The notes beneath the pieces were generated by a model. The model searched no databases, was not told the DNA's origin, and was given only the letters and a program-made list of their open reading frames with translations. Made by a program: the position numbers and the translations under genes. Source: Octopus sinensis (lineage: Eukaryota). Taken from it: a DNA stretch of 64,000 nt. Shown piece after piece: positions 27,335 through 41,415 of this stretch (its first letter is position 1; every line of letters begins with the position of its first letter). Where the stretch lies: assembly GCF_006345805.1 (NCBI RefSeq), contig NC_042997.1, positions 149,048,001 through 149,112,000 on the forward strand, in the 5' to 3' direction.

Positions 27335-27748
27335 CGGCGAGCTGGCAGAAACGTTAGCATGCCAAGCGAAATGCTTAGCGGTATTTCTTCTGCCGCTACG
27401 TTCTGATTTCAAATTCCGCCGAGGTCGACTTAGCCTTTCCTCCTTTCGGGGTCGATTAAATAAGTACCAGTTACGCACTGGGGTCGATGTTATCGACTTA
27501 AACCGTTTGTGTGTCCTTGTTTGTCCCCTCTGTGTTTAGCCCCTTGTGGGTAGTAAAGAAATAGGTATTTCGTTTGTCTTTATGTTATGAGTTCAAATTC
27601 CGTCGAGGTCGACTTTGCCTTTCATACTTTCGGGGTCGATAAATTAGGTACCAGTTACACACTGGGGTCGATGTAATCGAAATAAACCGTTTGTCTGTCC
27701 TTGTTTGTCCCCTCTGTGTTTAGCCCCTTGTGGGTAGCAAAGAAATAG
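27335..27748 (+). mobile_element. SINE family D with internal tandem duplication (~183-bp period)
   Basis: GCGAGCTGGCAGAA..GTTAGC head; the block TTCAAATTCCG.CGAGGTCGACTT...AAAGAAATAGGT occurs twice. Confidence 0.8.
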
Positions 27749-28654
27749 GTGTTTATAAGCATAGCAATCATTGCTCCGCCGATCTAGCCATACGAAAATC
27801 TATGGTTCTGAGAAGCTTAACGATTATCTTGATACACATACACACATATATGCATAGATACGCTCACTCATACGTACCTACACATGATGCACATATAAGT
27901 ATGGTGGAAAGGATATAAACTGTAATTTTAATGCTCACATGACACATGAGCAATCATCAGAAACCTGGTTGATTGTTACTGGGTTTTATTTTTGGAAAGT
28001 TTCATGTAGTATAGCCTCAATTTAGACTAAAGGTTGTAGAGAAACAGGAAAGATATCTGACGGGTAAATATAGTTGCAGTAAAAGAATGATCTCGACACA
28101 CGCTGTGTCAAGTTGATTCCGCTTGAGAAGTATATTAAGAATGCTTGTCTCAGTGGAATGATCGGGCAATTACATACTGATTCAAAGATCATTTAGTTCA
28201 ACTGACCAAACAAATCAAATTCTCATCGTGCACGTTACACACTCTCACACAGACACACATACATAAAACCGTACGCAAAGACACACACTCACGTGCACAT
28301 ACACAAATATATATATATACACACAAACAAACAGACACACTTTAATTTCCGGTAATTCTTTTGAAGAACTGTAAAATAAAGAAAAAGCATCTGAAGATTT
28401 ACTGTTGGAGTAACTCATTACGAAATGTAGACTCAAAATTATAAATTTCTTTTTCATCGAGATTTTAAATTTCATCAGACTCCACATTTGACCAGACTGG
28501 TTGCAAAAGTCACGAAACACAACTTGAGACCCAAAATTGATTAGTTTATTCTTGTGTCTAGAGGTTTAAAAGATGTAGTGGTATTTATTTGATTTCCACG
28601 AGGTACATTTTATACAATACAGGCGAACTTCATTAAAATCCGGTTCTCCGTGAA

Positions 28655-29075
<421 letters not shown>

Positions 29076-29970
29076 GTTTTTTTACTTATCTATGCTCTTA
29101 TCTATATATATATATACGCACATGAATAATACATATACTTTTATTTTTACTTTTTTCAGTCATTTGACGGTGGCCATGCTGGAGCACCAACTTAATTATG
29201 CATAGATGTATCTCTATATACGCACACATGTACTTATGCGCGTGTGCTTCTGTATGTATTTGCGTGCGTTTGGTTGAGAATGAGCGTTTGTGCTTGTGCG
29301 CATGTATGTATGTGTACATGTTAGAATAAACAATTGAAACACATACGTCATGTACAGCTGTGATTTGTGAACACAAATTCTTTTGACCGTAATTAGAATA
29401 GAACCTAAAATAACGCCATGCGTTTTGCACTAAATATGAATATTCCGGATGCACTTTCATATAGATAGATATGATTAATAGAGAAGATGGTTATATAAGA
29501 ATGGAAACGATAACGCTCGTCATCGTGACCAGCTATTTTAATGTAGCCAGTTCTTTTCACTGCAATAATAATAAGAAGCAAGAGGAAGAGAGCGGTGACA
29601 CGTAATTCGTTTATATTTGAAAGAAATATGGTAAGCAGAAAATCATTTTCAGAACAATAAAGCCAGGAAATCATCTCTGCGAAGCGCGTGTGAGGAAATG
29701 GTTATCACATCTGAATTGTGCAAAAGAATATCAGGTCTAGCCCTTAAGTCGTGAGCAGTATTTATTTCTCGAAAACATTATGGTACTTTAAGCATCTTAC
29801 TGAATAATGATACCAGTGATTTGTTTATCAATGTTTTTCCATCTCAGTAAAGGCTATTTGTCAATACTTGCTACTGAGGACACGCAATTACGCAGAAATC
29901 CTGATTAAGCAATCTCGGCGTGCCTGGGTGATACATATATACATATATACACTCACTAAACACATACATA

Positions 29971-30057
<87 letters not shown>

Positions 30058-30144
30058 GTGTATGTGTGTGTGTTTGCGTGTGTGTGCGTATGTGTGTGTG
30101 TGTGTGTGTGTTTGTGGGGTGATGTTTGAGTATGTGTGAGCGGC

Positions 30145-30480
30145 ATAACCATGTTTTGAAAGGAATTCTTGGAGGTTTGGATAATTCACCTTTGGAAACA
30201 TGGGTGTTTCGTTCAACATCCTTAAACAATTCTTATTCGGGAACCTTTTGAGCGGAATGGGCTACTCGACTGGAAGAAAATTCTAACTGTGCCCCACCTG
30301 CAAGGTCATGCGCTGTTTATCTTGATATGAGATCACCATGTCGCGCACATATGTTTGTGATGCACGTGCCTGGTGTACCCTTATCAGGCGGGTAGTCATT
30401 TTGGGTATACTGGGCTTCATATATTTTACCCCAGTGTCACTTTGATCGCTTGCACTGCTCTCTTACTCAATAATAATAAT
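30145..30480 (+). mobile_element. Probable SINE/retroposon 3' part ending in (AAT)n
   Basis: GC-richer block next to (TG)n, ending CACTGCTCTCTTACTCAATAATAATAAT. Recognised as repeat-like, but there is no second copy in the window. Confidence 0.45.
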
Positions 30481-30987
30481 AACATATATATATACATTAA
30501 CAATAATACATTTGAAATTAATGTTATGTGATTCAAATCTAAACGCGTCAAAGAGAACTTCAGCACATATCTTACGTGAGGTTTACGGAAATTGACTTCA
30601 AAGATTGTCGTTATAGGTTTGCTATATATTTCCCTCCAATAGAGGTTAGTGAATATAACTTCAAATGTAAGTAATACCAGGCACTGTGAATATATATTCC
30701 AGATTCTTATTACTGAATGTCAGAACCAATTTTGTTCACATAAAACCCTTCAATATTCATATCCGAATTGGAGAAAATGAAAAAAAGCGCAGTGTTATGC
30801 TAATTATGCTTGCTTGAGAATTTTTCATTGCCTACAGCCGACCAGGTGTGGCCCACAACATTCAAACACTTGGTGAGCATCTGATACACTTGTAGCCCCA
30901 TAAAAAGATATCAGATGAAACCACAAAAACCCGCTTCCCCATCATAGTTAAGCAGGCAAGATATATATGTAACAATAATGGGAAAGC

Positions 30988-31078
<91 letters not shown>

Positions 31079-31164
31079 GTACGTATGTATGTATGTATAT
31101 ATGTATGTATATATGTATGTATGTATATGTATGTGTTTGTACGCGCGCGCGCGTGTATATTCTT

Positions 31165-31350
31165 TTGCTTGCTACAGCGATTGACTGCGGCCATGCTGGA
31201 ACACCGCATTGAAGGATGTTAGTCGACCCAGTCGACTCCTGAGCTTATTCCTTAAGACTAGTACTTATCCTTTCGGTAACATTTGACGAACTGCTAAGCT
31301 AGAACGTAAATACACTGTCTGTCAAACGGTAATGTGGGACATACAGACAC
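31165..31350 (-). mobile_element. SINE family A, 3' half, reverse orientation
   Basis: TTGACTGCGGCCATGCTGGAACACCGC is the reverse complement of the family A 3' end. Similar small remnants at ~407-445 (+), 11157-11185 (+), 25625-25760 (-), 29155-29190 (-) and 49100-49138 (-). Confidence 0.7.
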
Positions 31351-31425
31351 ACAAAGGCGCATTCACATATATATATAATATACATACATATATATATACT
31401 GAATGTGCGTGTGTGTCTATGTATG

Positions 31426-31484
<59 letters not shown>

Positions 31485-32049
31485 CACTGGCGACCCCAGG
31501 TCATATATAAGACACATGTACAAAAGAAGGTAAGTGACGTAGTCCACACCACAGACTTACATATGCACAGATAATTGAACAGTAAGCATGTTTGCTGCGT
31601 CTAACGTCAGAATGCCTCACGTTTTTCCACAATATATCTTGTCCCAAATTGCTTTTTTTTTTAACATCTAGCACTATATCTCTCTTCATTTCTAAGTTAA
31701 GGCTAAGGCAGCCATACAAAACACAAGTGATTTTTACACATAGATGCACAGAATAACGGCATTCAAATAATGAAAGTATAGAGCACAACAAACACCACCG
31801 ATCTCACTGTCACATGTACTCTTGACAAGAGATGTCAGTTAGTCTTTTTCACCTACCAGGAAAGTTCGTATTATCCCCATTTGCCAGATAATCTTTCGCT
31901 CCTTTAAGAATATTGGACAACGGAAACTTCATAGATTGGAATTTAAATCCTAATCTCTATAAATTTCCTTATTATAAGAAAGCATTGAATTTGAATTACT
32001 TTTAATTTTTTCGATTATAGATAACTACTCAACCGCTGAAGAAAAGTAG

Positions 32050-32890
32050 ATGAAATGCGACCAGGCACAATAAAAGAGGCTCGAGTTATTCACCCAACCA
32101 CCGCCGTTGCCCGTCTATTGTTTCCCCTCACCTACTATCCCTCTACCCTACCCTTCCAATGCACCTTTCTTCGATCCTTCCGGCCACTCCAGTCTCACCC
32201 TATCACCTCGCACAACTTCTCCAACCTACCCCATCCTTCTTTCAAACGAGCTCATAACCGGCATGACCTCCTGGTTCACAGTTTCTTCCCTAACCTTACC
32301 TCCCATCGTGCCTCGTTCCACTGCCCCCACCGATGCTGTCGCATCTGCTCCTACCTCTCCAACAGCATCCTCATAGGCACCCTCATTGTGCCTATCACAT
32401 CACCAACTCCTTTACCTGCAATTCTAGTATTGTCATTTACTGCATCTTCTGATCTCTCTTTCCTTCTCTGTATATCGGTCAAACGGGACATCTCTTGGCT
32501 CACCAATTCGCGAAGCACCTCCGCCAGTGACACCTGGTCTCGTGAAATATCCGCTCTTCCGGTCATTCGCTACAGCATCTGTCTCTGTTCGGATTTTCCT
32601 TGCACAGGGGCCACCGGACTCCTGCCTTCGCCGTGAACAATATTAAATCTTATCTCTTCGCTCCCTTGGGTCACTTGGGCCCAACTCACCTCCTTTTTGT
32701 AACCGACTCCAACTTCACCTCCTTTCCTCATTTGAGACGAATCCCACATCTCTCCACACGCATTAGGACTGACAACTTCTCAGTACCCATACCACACCCC
32801 ATAATCCGCACCCCCGCACACCATCATCTACGCAGCCTCACCACACACCATCTTCAATAGCATCACCACACATACTACAATATTAGCAAT
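32050..32890 (-). mobile_element. GC-rich retroelement relic, possibly LINE ORF1
   Basis: Minus frame with scattered stops (...KKEVSWAQVTQGSEE...SLAEVLRELVSQEMSRLTDIQRRKERSED...). Coiled-coil-like text and an SWAQV motif recall ORF1 proteins; strong strand asymmetry. Confidence 0.35.
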
Positions 32891-33425
32891 CATACACACT
32901 GTTTAACTCAGTACACACAAACACACCATGGAGAATCCGACATCATGCATACAGACTCATAATACCTGAACACACACAATATATACAAACACGGGCAACG
33001 CACATTAACATACGGAACATACTTTGACAAAGATAACTTACGCCCACATACGCACAGCATACACATGCACACTGTTTGGTCACATACATACACTCGCACA
33101 CAAGTGCACACATCAGTTGCTACACACAACACTCACAAGCACACGCACACACTTTACACAGGCACAAACTCACGTCAGAGTCACTCGTCGCTATTCGCAG
33201 ATACTCATTTACACACTCACACACACCATTCTCACATACGCCCACGCGTACGCGCTCCTTCTCGTTTTGGGATCACTAACACTATAATTATCTCCCTCTC
33301 ATTTAACCTCTTTTATATTACTATCTCACATTCTTTCAACATCATTTTTTCCAATCATACGCCATTCTGGACCACTGAACTCTACACGCTTTTTTCATTC
33401 TCTCTTTCTTTATTTCCTTTTATTC

Positions 33426-33460
33426 CTTTCTGTTGGAGAGCGTAAGCTCCAAACGTAAAG
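33426..33460 (+). ncRNA. Decayed minimal hammerhead-like motif
   Basis: CUUU-CUGUUGG-A-GAGC-GUAA-GCUC-CAAA-CG-U-A/AAG: HHR geometry with substitutions at core positions 6, 9 and 12; probably inactive. Confidence 0.35.
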
Positions 33461-33971
33461 TACTTTTCCATTTTTCCCTAGAGTAAAACTAATACACTTC
33501 TTTCTCGTTCAAACACCTGACTTCCTCTTTGGTTATTCTATAAGGTTCACATATATATAAATATATACGTATATATACATATGTATACACACACATACAT
33601 ATATATATAGATACATATACACACCTTTGTATATCTACGTGGACACACTCACAAACAGAAATTTGTAAGTACTAATATGACCAGGGTTTCTTCGCTTTTT
33701 CGATCGAGAGTACACTGAAAACTAACTCACAGAAACCATTACATATACATATCTGTGCATAAGTGTACTTATGTGTACATATTTGTAACCCGGGATGTAT
33801 ATATACAATATATATGTTATTATATATATGTGCATAAATATATATATATATACATACATAGATATATATATATATATACATGTATATATATGTGGATTTA
33901 TGTATATATATAAGTATATATACATACATATATGTATATGTATATATATATATATATGTATGTATATATAT

Positions 33972-34054
<83 letters not shown>

Positions 34055-34503
34055 ATATACATATATATATACATATATGTATATGTATATTATGTTGCGT
34101 GTTCATTGTAGGCAGCAACCAACAGTGCAGTATATCACAACACTGGAATCGGGTTAGAAAGGTCAGTTATAAATCATTTATAAATCCACTCACTGCTGTA
34201 AACCTTGAAACAAAGGTGACCAGTTGCTATTGACAACCGTGGAATGCTTCTGAAAATGTAGTGTTGAAGCCAATAGGACCATTGAGTGGCAATTATTCAA
34301 ACCTGCTTCTTCAGTCTTGTTTATTTCCGCTCTGAACTCGACATCTTAATCATACTGACCATATGAATAGTAATAGAGAAACTATCCCCAACATTTTGAT
34401 ATTATCCATCAATAGCTTCTTCGTAGATAATTGCATGATATATGTGGATATGTACATGTGTATATGAATATGCATCTATCCATCTATCTATCTATCTATC
34501 TAG

Positions 34504-34551
<48 letters not shown>

Positions 34552-34606
34552 TCATCTGCCTGTCTGTCTGTCTGTCTGTCTGCATATGTGTCTGTCTGTC
34601 CATCTA

Positions 34607-34666
<60 letters not shown>

Positions 34667-34726
34667 CACACACATATATATACATATATATATATAACAT
34701 ATATGTATATATGTATATATATACGC

Positions 34727-34799
<73 letters not shown>

Positions 34800-35483
34800 G
34801 AGAGAGAGAGAGATTGAACACTGCTTAAACACAGGTAAAACACTGAAAATACAGGACATATTTAGTAAACATCCTTGCAAATATTACCCCGTATATATCT
34901 TGCAAGCGTTTCTTTTTTTTTTGAGAATTCTATTAAACAAAGATATATTGCAGAAATTCTAAAGAATTATATAATATAAGCTAAGCAGCATCCGAACGAA
35001 ACCGAATAATAACATCGGAAGCTTGACTCTTGGGTTGGTATAAGGTGTTGCAAGTATACCTTAGATATGCTTCGGCTAAAGATTGACCCAGGCTATGTCT
35101 AACTTAATAGCAGCACATGATAGGAGCTGCTAATTCATTTCTAATTCATGGCACCTTGAACTAGGTAGCTGTTGTTGCCTGAGATGCATCCAGTTACATC
35201 TGGTTTCCTTTAAAGATATTTGCCCAGGATTTCGTTTGATGGTGATGTGATCCTTTATTCTTTGATGTCTTGTGGGATATTATTAAATAGAGCAGGGTCG
35301 TATATGAATACATACATACTTAAATACATACGTGCATACATACGCAAATGCACACACACATGCACACACACTTATATATCGTTACATGTATATGAAATAT
35401 CAAATATTATTGAACAGTAAATCCCCCGAATACATATGTATAAAGGTGCTTACTAACTTTTAATAATACACATATTCATCAGT

Positions 35484-35690
35484 CGGTGAGATGGCAGAAT
35501 CATTGCAGCGCAAATGCTTAATATCATCTTATCCGTCTTTATGTTTACAGTTCAAATTCCGCTGTGGTTGATTTTCGCTTTCATCTTTCCGGGATGCGAT
35601 AAAATAACTATCAGTTCATCACGGGGTTCGATCTAAATGCCCTAACACCTTCTCTGATACTCCTGGCCTTGTGACAAAATTTGAAAACAA
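35484..35690 (+). mobile_element. SINE family D, degenerate
   Basis: GAGATGGCAGAATC...AGTTCAAATTCCGCTGTGGTTGATTTTCGCTTTCATC, colinear with the 27335 and 47415 copies. Confidence 0.65.
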
Positions 35691-36176
35691 TAATATAAAG
35701 AATCATGCTCGCACACATACGTGTGCACATGCGTAGAGAAAGAAAAAAAATCCTTGACTTTTGTGTGTCGAATGAATGAATGAATGAAGAGTGCTGTATA
35801 ATTGGTTTAGAGTCTGCAGAAAACTTGTGAAGGTGGGTGCAAGAACGAGAAGAAATTAAGTGCTGAATAAAACTGGATATAAATCATTAATCTCCGTTGT
35901 GTGTGTGTGCGTGCATATGCTTTTGTGTATTTTTGTGTGGTGCAAGTGTACGGCCCCTGATACAGAAATAGACACGCGTGCGCGTACACACACTCTCCCA
36001 CATACACACTATACATATGTCTACAAATAAAAACTAGATAGACTAATTAATTGATTGATACAAGTATATATATAGGATATCTATTTATCTTTATATATGC
36101 ATGTAATCTCTTGAGCACCACCAGCAAAAAAATGTTTTTCCTCTGTCTTCCCTTCTCGGACTCTTTCCTTCTCCTT

Positions 36177-36213
36177 TGTTTCCGACGAAGAGCTCCGCTC
36201 GAAACGTTAAATA
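36177..36213 (+). ncRNA. Minimal type I hammerhead, U4C variant
   Basis: UGUUU-CCGACGA-A-GAGC-UCC-GCUC-GAAA-CG-U-U/AAAUA: 5-bp stem I, 4-bp stem II, ACGU palindromic stem III. Confidence 0.55.
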
Positions 36214-37198
36214 CTCCTTCCCTTCTTTCCTGATTGTCAAATAATACTTTAATTGTTCCACGTCCTCGCGTTGCTGTGTTTTTTTCTGTGTTTTCTTGTT
36301 TCGCGTCGGGTTCGTTTGAATTTTCGATTTTTCGAATTCTCACTTCGTTCCGTCTCTTTCCTCCTAGTTCGTTTTTACAGTTTACTACAATGATGCGAAA
36401 TTCTCTCCCTTTGCTTTACATTCCCCCCTCTCTCTCTCTTGCTCTCTCTGTCTCACCCTTCTCTCTAGCCTGTGTCTTCCTCTATCTCTCTTTCTCTCTC
36501 TCTCCCACTCCTCCTCACTTTCGTCACTGCTAATTCTTTCGCCTGTTGCCTTCAGGCCGTAAGGTTATGTTTCCCAGCGCTTGCCAGTTACCTTCTCGTC
36601 CCCGCCAGAACAAAGGCCTTCGTTCGTCTTTTTCATTTGTTCTCTTGTTTATTTTTGATTTCTCGTATTGTAATTTAATTCTCGTTATGTATTTTCTTGT
36701 ACATGTATCTTTAATTTTGTATTATTTTTTCTTGTATGTATTTTTCTGTGCAGTTCTTTGTTACGTCCCTTTTTGTGTTATATTTTTTCTTGCTCGTTTT
36801 ACCCCTCTACGAGGTTATTTTATTTTAATTCTCTCGTAGGAAGGCCTAGCATGTTCATACGTGTTCTGTCTCTGCCTTCGAAACACGTGTCTGCTAGCGA
36901 CAGCTGATGAAGGGGATTTTTCCTTGTGCAGCATGTCCTGTACTTCGTTTTTCTGCTGCACGTAATTGTTTTTCCCATTTTCGTTTTCGTTTCGTCTTGT
37001 TCCACGTCTCTGTCCTTCTGGCTTTTCCGTTTTCGTTTCTGTTGATTTTTACGTCTTCTTGTGGTGTCCTGTACGTATATATATATTATATATGCATGTA
37101 TATATACATGTAGATGTCGGTACGTACATATATGTTTGTATGTGTATGCATATATTTTATTTATTACACTATATATATAATATATATATATATATAAT

Positions 37199-37231
<33 letters not shown>

Positions 37232-37232
<1 letters not shown>

Positions 37233-37992
37233 AAAAAATGGTAAAGTAAAAAATTCACTTTACCACACACCGAACTTTTCAGAAATAGCAGCCAAATATT
37301 TGGCTATTTCTTCAACTGCAAATAAAAGTCTCCAGACAATGCATACTCAGAAAAATAACTCTCATAGGTATAAGGGAAAAACAATGAAAGATCACATCCA
37401 TATACGATACCCGAGGACAGTCTGTTTCTGGATTTGTGGGTAAAACGCCACTTTTCCTTCATCAGCTCAGAGATTTCTTCTGATTTAGATTTGAAAATAC
37501 TAAGAATCAAACATACCCGTCCGATATCTGTAACATCGGACAAACCATGCCAGACACCCAGTACTACCGAATCCAAAAATACGAATGAGATCTATTATTC
37601 TCCCTGTCCGCCCACGTGAGTCATAGAGCATTCCATTTCTACAGAGGTAAAAACTGCAGTTCAAATTCTTTGAGAGAAAGCATTATATTGTTATCAAAAA
37701 AGGGGGTCGAATTAATTAATTATTAATAAATTCGACCAAGCAGTATTCGGTATGTAAAGACCATTTACGGTATATTTGAAGTATTAATTTATAAAAATAT
37801 GGTAAAGTAAAAGAATTCACTTTACCACACACCGAACTTTTCAGAAATAGCAGCCAAAAATTTGGCTATTTCTTTTACTTTACCATATTTTTATAAATTA
37901 ATACTTCAAATATACCGTAAATGGTCTTTACATACCGAATACTGCTTGGTCGAATTTATTAATAATTAATTAATTCGACCCCCTTTTTTTAT

Positions 37993-37997
<5 letters not shown>
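37232..37997 (-). mobile_element. Non-autonomous Penelope-like / retrozyme element with direct and inverted terminal segments
   Basis: ~80-bp direct repeats at 37232-37313 and 37793-37874 (period ~561). ~130-bp near-perfect inverted repeat, 37683-37812 vs 37871-38000. (TA)n on both sides. Internal HHR; no credible ORF. Confidence 0.8.
37411..37470 (-). ncRNA. Type I hammerhead ribozyme
   Basis: CUGAG-CUGAUGA-AGGAAAAGUGGCGUUUUACCCACAAAUCCA-GAAA-CAGACUG-U-C/CUCGG. 5-bp stem I, intact core, stem II with GGA/UCC and GUGG/CCAC helices, near-palindromic stem III, GUC triplet. Confidence 0.8.
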
Positions 37998-38024
<27 letters not shown>

Positions 38025-38270
38025 CTTATGCAATATATCGATATTATGTATGTATCTATGTATGCCGTACAGGCAAATTAATAAACTACATACTTACAGG
38101 ACATGCACGGCTGATAATTCGGTTGCCGCACGTGATGGTATTTTAATAATACCATCCTTTCTGTTATTTATTTATAATTTTTTTTCACGCAATTCGTTTG
38201 TTTAAATAGTGTTTGGTCACTTCAAATGAAATTTTCCAGTCATGGTGGTGGAAAATTTCAGTAATAGTAA

Positions 38271-38318
38271 GCTGAAGAGAAACATGCATCTATTTGGCAT
38301 TATTTTCGAAACCGGTAC
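38271..38318 (+). ncRNA. Hammerhead core with decayed stem I
   Basis: G-CUGAAGA-GAAACAUGC...GCAUUAUUUUC-GAAA-CCGG-U-A/C. Core, stem II and palindromic stem III are intact; stem I has only 1 bp. Confidence 0.4.
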
Positions 38319-38493
38319 GAAATTGACCTGTATTGCTTGTGCTGACCTAGCAGAGGTATGACGTTTTTAATGTTCACTAAAAAATGTTCCTAGTATGCCT
38401 AGTTTTGTGATTGTTTTGTGGTACTAAAGTATGTTTGACTTCTATTTTTATCGATGTTGGTGCCCATGTAGTGCCTTCGTGTGCATACACACA

Positions 38494-38570
<77 letters not shown>

Positions 38571-38745
38571 GCAATATTAAATCTCTGAGCGAGAGGTAAA
38601 CAGTAGTAGCACGGAATCATTAAGTTACAGCTGTTTCCCGTATATATATATAAGTAGTCATTTCAGATACATTACTGATAACTTTACTCAGTTAGTCTAT
38701 TGGTCATTGAACGACCTAAGAAAATATACTACTTTCAGTAGAGCC

Positions 38746-38795
<50 letters not shown>

Positions 38796-38804
38796 TATCT
38801 ATAT

Positions 38805-38840
<36 letters not shown>

Positions 38841-38930
38841 CTGGATGGATATATAGATAGATAGATAGATAGATAGATATATAGATAGATAGATAGATTG
38901 ATAGATAGATAGATAGAGAAGATATAGATA

Positions 38931-40380
38931 TGTTTCTTTATTAGCCACACAGGGCTGCACACAGATAGAACAAATTACAAGGTAGAGCTTTCTTTTGAAG
39001 TTTAAAAAAAAAAAAAATAAAATAAAAAAAAATAAAATAAAAATAAAATAAAAAAGGGGGGTCGATCAAAAGGGATCGTAAAAGGAGAGAAAGAGGACAA
39101 AAAAAGGGGGGGTTAAAAAAAAAGGGGGAGAGGAAAAAAATTGATCAATAGGGATCGTTATCACAGAAATGTCAATATGAAGTGTAAAGGGGAGGACAGG
39201 TGAGGTTTACCCGTGGAAAGAAAAGCCTACGGAAAAGACCACGGTAACCTCGGTCAATGAAGTCACATGTTATATTTCTTTTTTTTTTTTTTTTGCAAAT
39301 AAGAACTCTCTGTATTAATTTTTACGGTTCAATAAATCATAGTCAAGGTGGCTTCGTCATTCATACGTGCCATCCTTGCTACATTCACCCATCTTTTTTT
39401 TAAAAATTCACTAGACAAAACTTGCCTCTCTACTCTCACTTTTTTCTTCAAGTGATACTTGAAGAAGTTGATGAGAGATTGACCAGAGAGGAAAGTGTTT
39501 GTCTCTAATCCTTTCAGACGCGTCCACCAGATACATTCTTTCGCCATAGCCACAAGTATGATACAAATAGCTCTTCCTTCCCGTTTGAAGGAAGGAGGCG
39601 TGACGATATTAACGATAGACTCGGCTGATAAACCGACACGTCCCACACGTGACAGCAGTCGTTCGACATAAGCCCACAGGTGAGAAATTGCTGGACACTG
39701 CACGATTGCGTGCAGAGCGGTTTCGTCGCTCTGCCCGCATCTCGGGCAGGTCGGCCCCGTGTTTCTCGAGCCATGCCTATAGAGCTTATCCCGAACGGGT
39801 AGCACTTCTCGGTAGCACCGCCAGGCCAGGGATCTCTGGAAGTTGTCCATAGGTCCCGGGCCGAAAGTCGTTTGAAACAGGCGGGTCAGGTATTCCTCGT
39901 CGACGCCCAGGTTGCCCCGAGCTCGTCGTCGTACCTCCCCTCCACTAATCCCCTATAGAATGCTTTGGTTGTGTTGAAGTCACTCAGGGTCGACCCGAGA
40001 CGGCAGAGTTGCTTGAGAGCAACGCGACACTCGCGGTGCCATTCGCCCTTCTTCGGCCTCTTTTTGATCCACGACTGTAGTTCGGTCATGGAGACGAGTT
40101 GCGGGAATGCGTGCCTCACAAACGGCGACCACACTGTTCACCGTCGTCTACATAGAGCCGGAGATGTCGCAGTCTCAGCGCGTGTCTGCGCATCATCAAC
40201 CACGGCATGCCCAGCCCTCCTTTTAACGGGTGTTGACAGCAAATGGATCGCCTGACCATCGGGACGCATCCTTTCCACAAGAAGCGGAAGAGGATGCGTT
40301 CTAGTTTGGTGATGGTAGGGTCGGGACAAGGTACGACGGTCAGGCGGTAGTAGATGATGGACGCGATGTACGCGTTCACC
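38931..40380 (-). mobile_element. 5'-truncated L1/Tx1-clade LINE (ORF2 C-terminus plus 3' UTR)
   Basis: Frames give FRFLWKG...GGLGMP and CPRCGQSDETALHAIVQC (zf-RVT CCHC), with two frameshifts. AATAAA at the 3' end (38937-38942). (TATC)n on both flanks. Confidence 0.9.
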
Positions 40381-40392
40381 ATCTATAGATAT

Positions 40393-40428
<36 letters not shown>

Positions 40429-40440
40429 CTGGATGGATAT

Positions 40441-40479
<39 letters not shown>

Positions 40480-40480
40480 T

Positions 40481-40567
<87 letters not shown>

Positions 40568-41037
40568 TTACTATGCATGGAAATAACGAGCATGAAATTC
40601 GTAACATACACTTGTAGCTTAAAATACTGTCAGGCACATATTTTGACGGGAAAAAATTCACAAGTGATTATATTTGTGAGCGAGGAAGAAAATGATCTCG
40701 GAATACCGATTATTGGTGATCTAAGCACATTGTTTTAAGAAATGTTTGCATACTTTTATTCCTGAGAATTAGGTTGTATATATATTTGCAACCGTTGATG
40801 AAATAGTTACTGATGAATTTATTCCATTTGGCGTAATCAATTAAGTGCAATGCATAAGAATACGAAAACATCTGAAAATCTTTCTTTTCCTTATTATAAT
40901 CACCTTCTAATGTGAGTGGGTGAATGTGTATGTTTCTTGGTGTGTATGAATGTCCCTGTGTGTGTGTGTGTGTGTATGCGTGTGTGTGTAGACATATACT
41001 TATATGACTATATATATATATATATTGATGTATAAAG

Positions 41038-41081
<44 letters not shown>

Positions 41082-41209
41082 CATACATACATACATATAT
41101 ATTGATATATAAACATATATATATATGCATATACAGATGCATGTATATATATACATACATACATGTACTTACATATGTATCCATACACACTTTCATACAT
41201 ACCGACATG

Positions 41210-41254
<45 letters not shown>

Positions 41255-41272
41255 TATGTATCTGTATATATG

Positions 41273-41363
<91 letters not shown>

Positions 41364-41382
41364 CATATATATATACATACAT

Positions 41383-41415
<33 letters not shown>

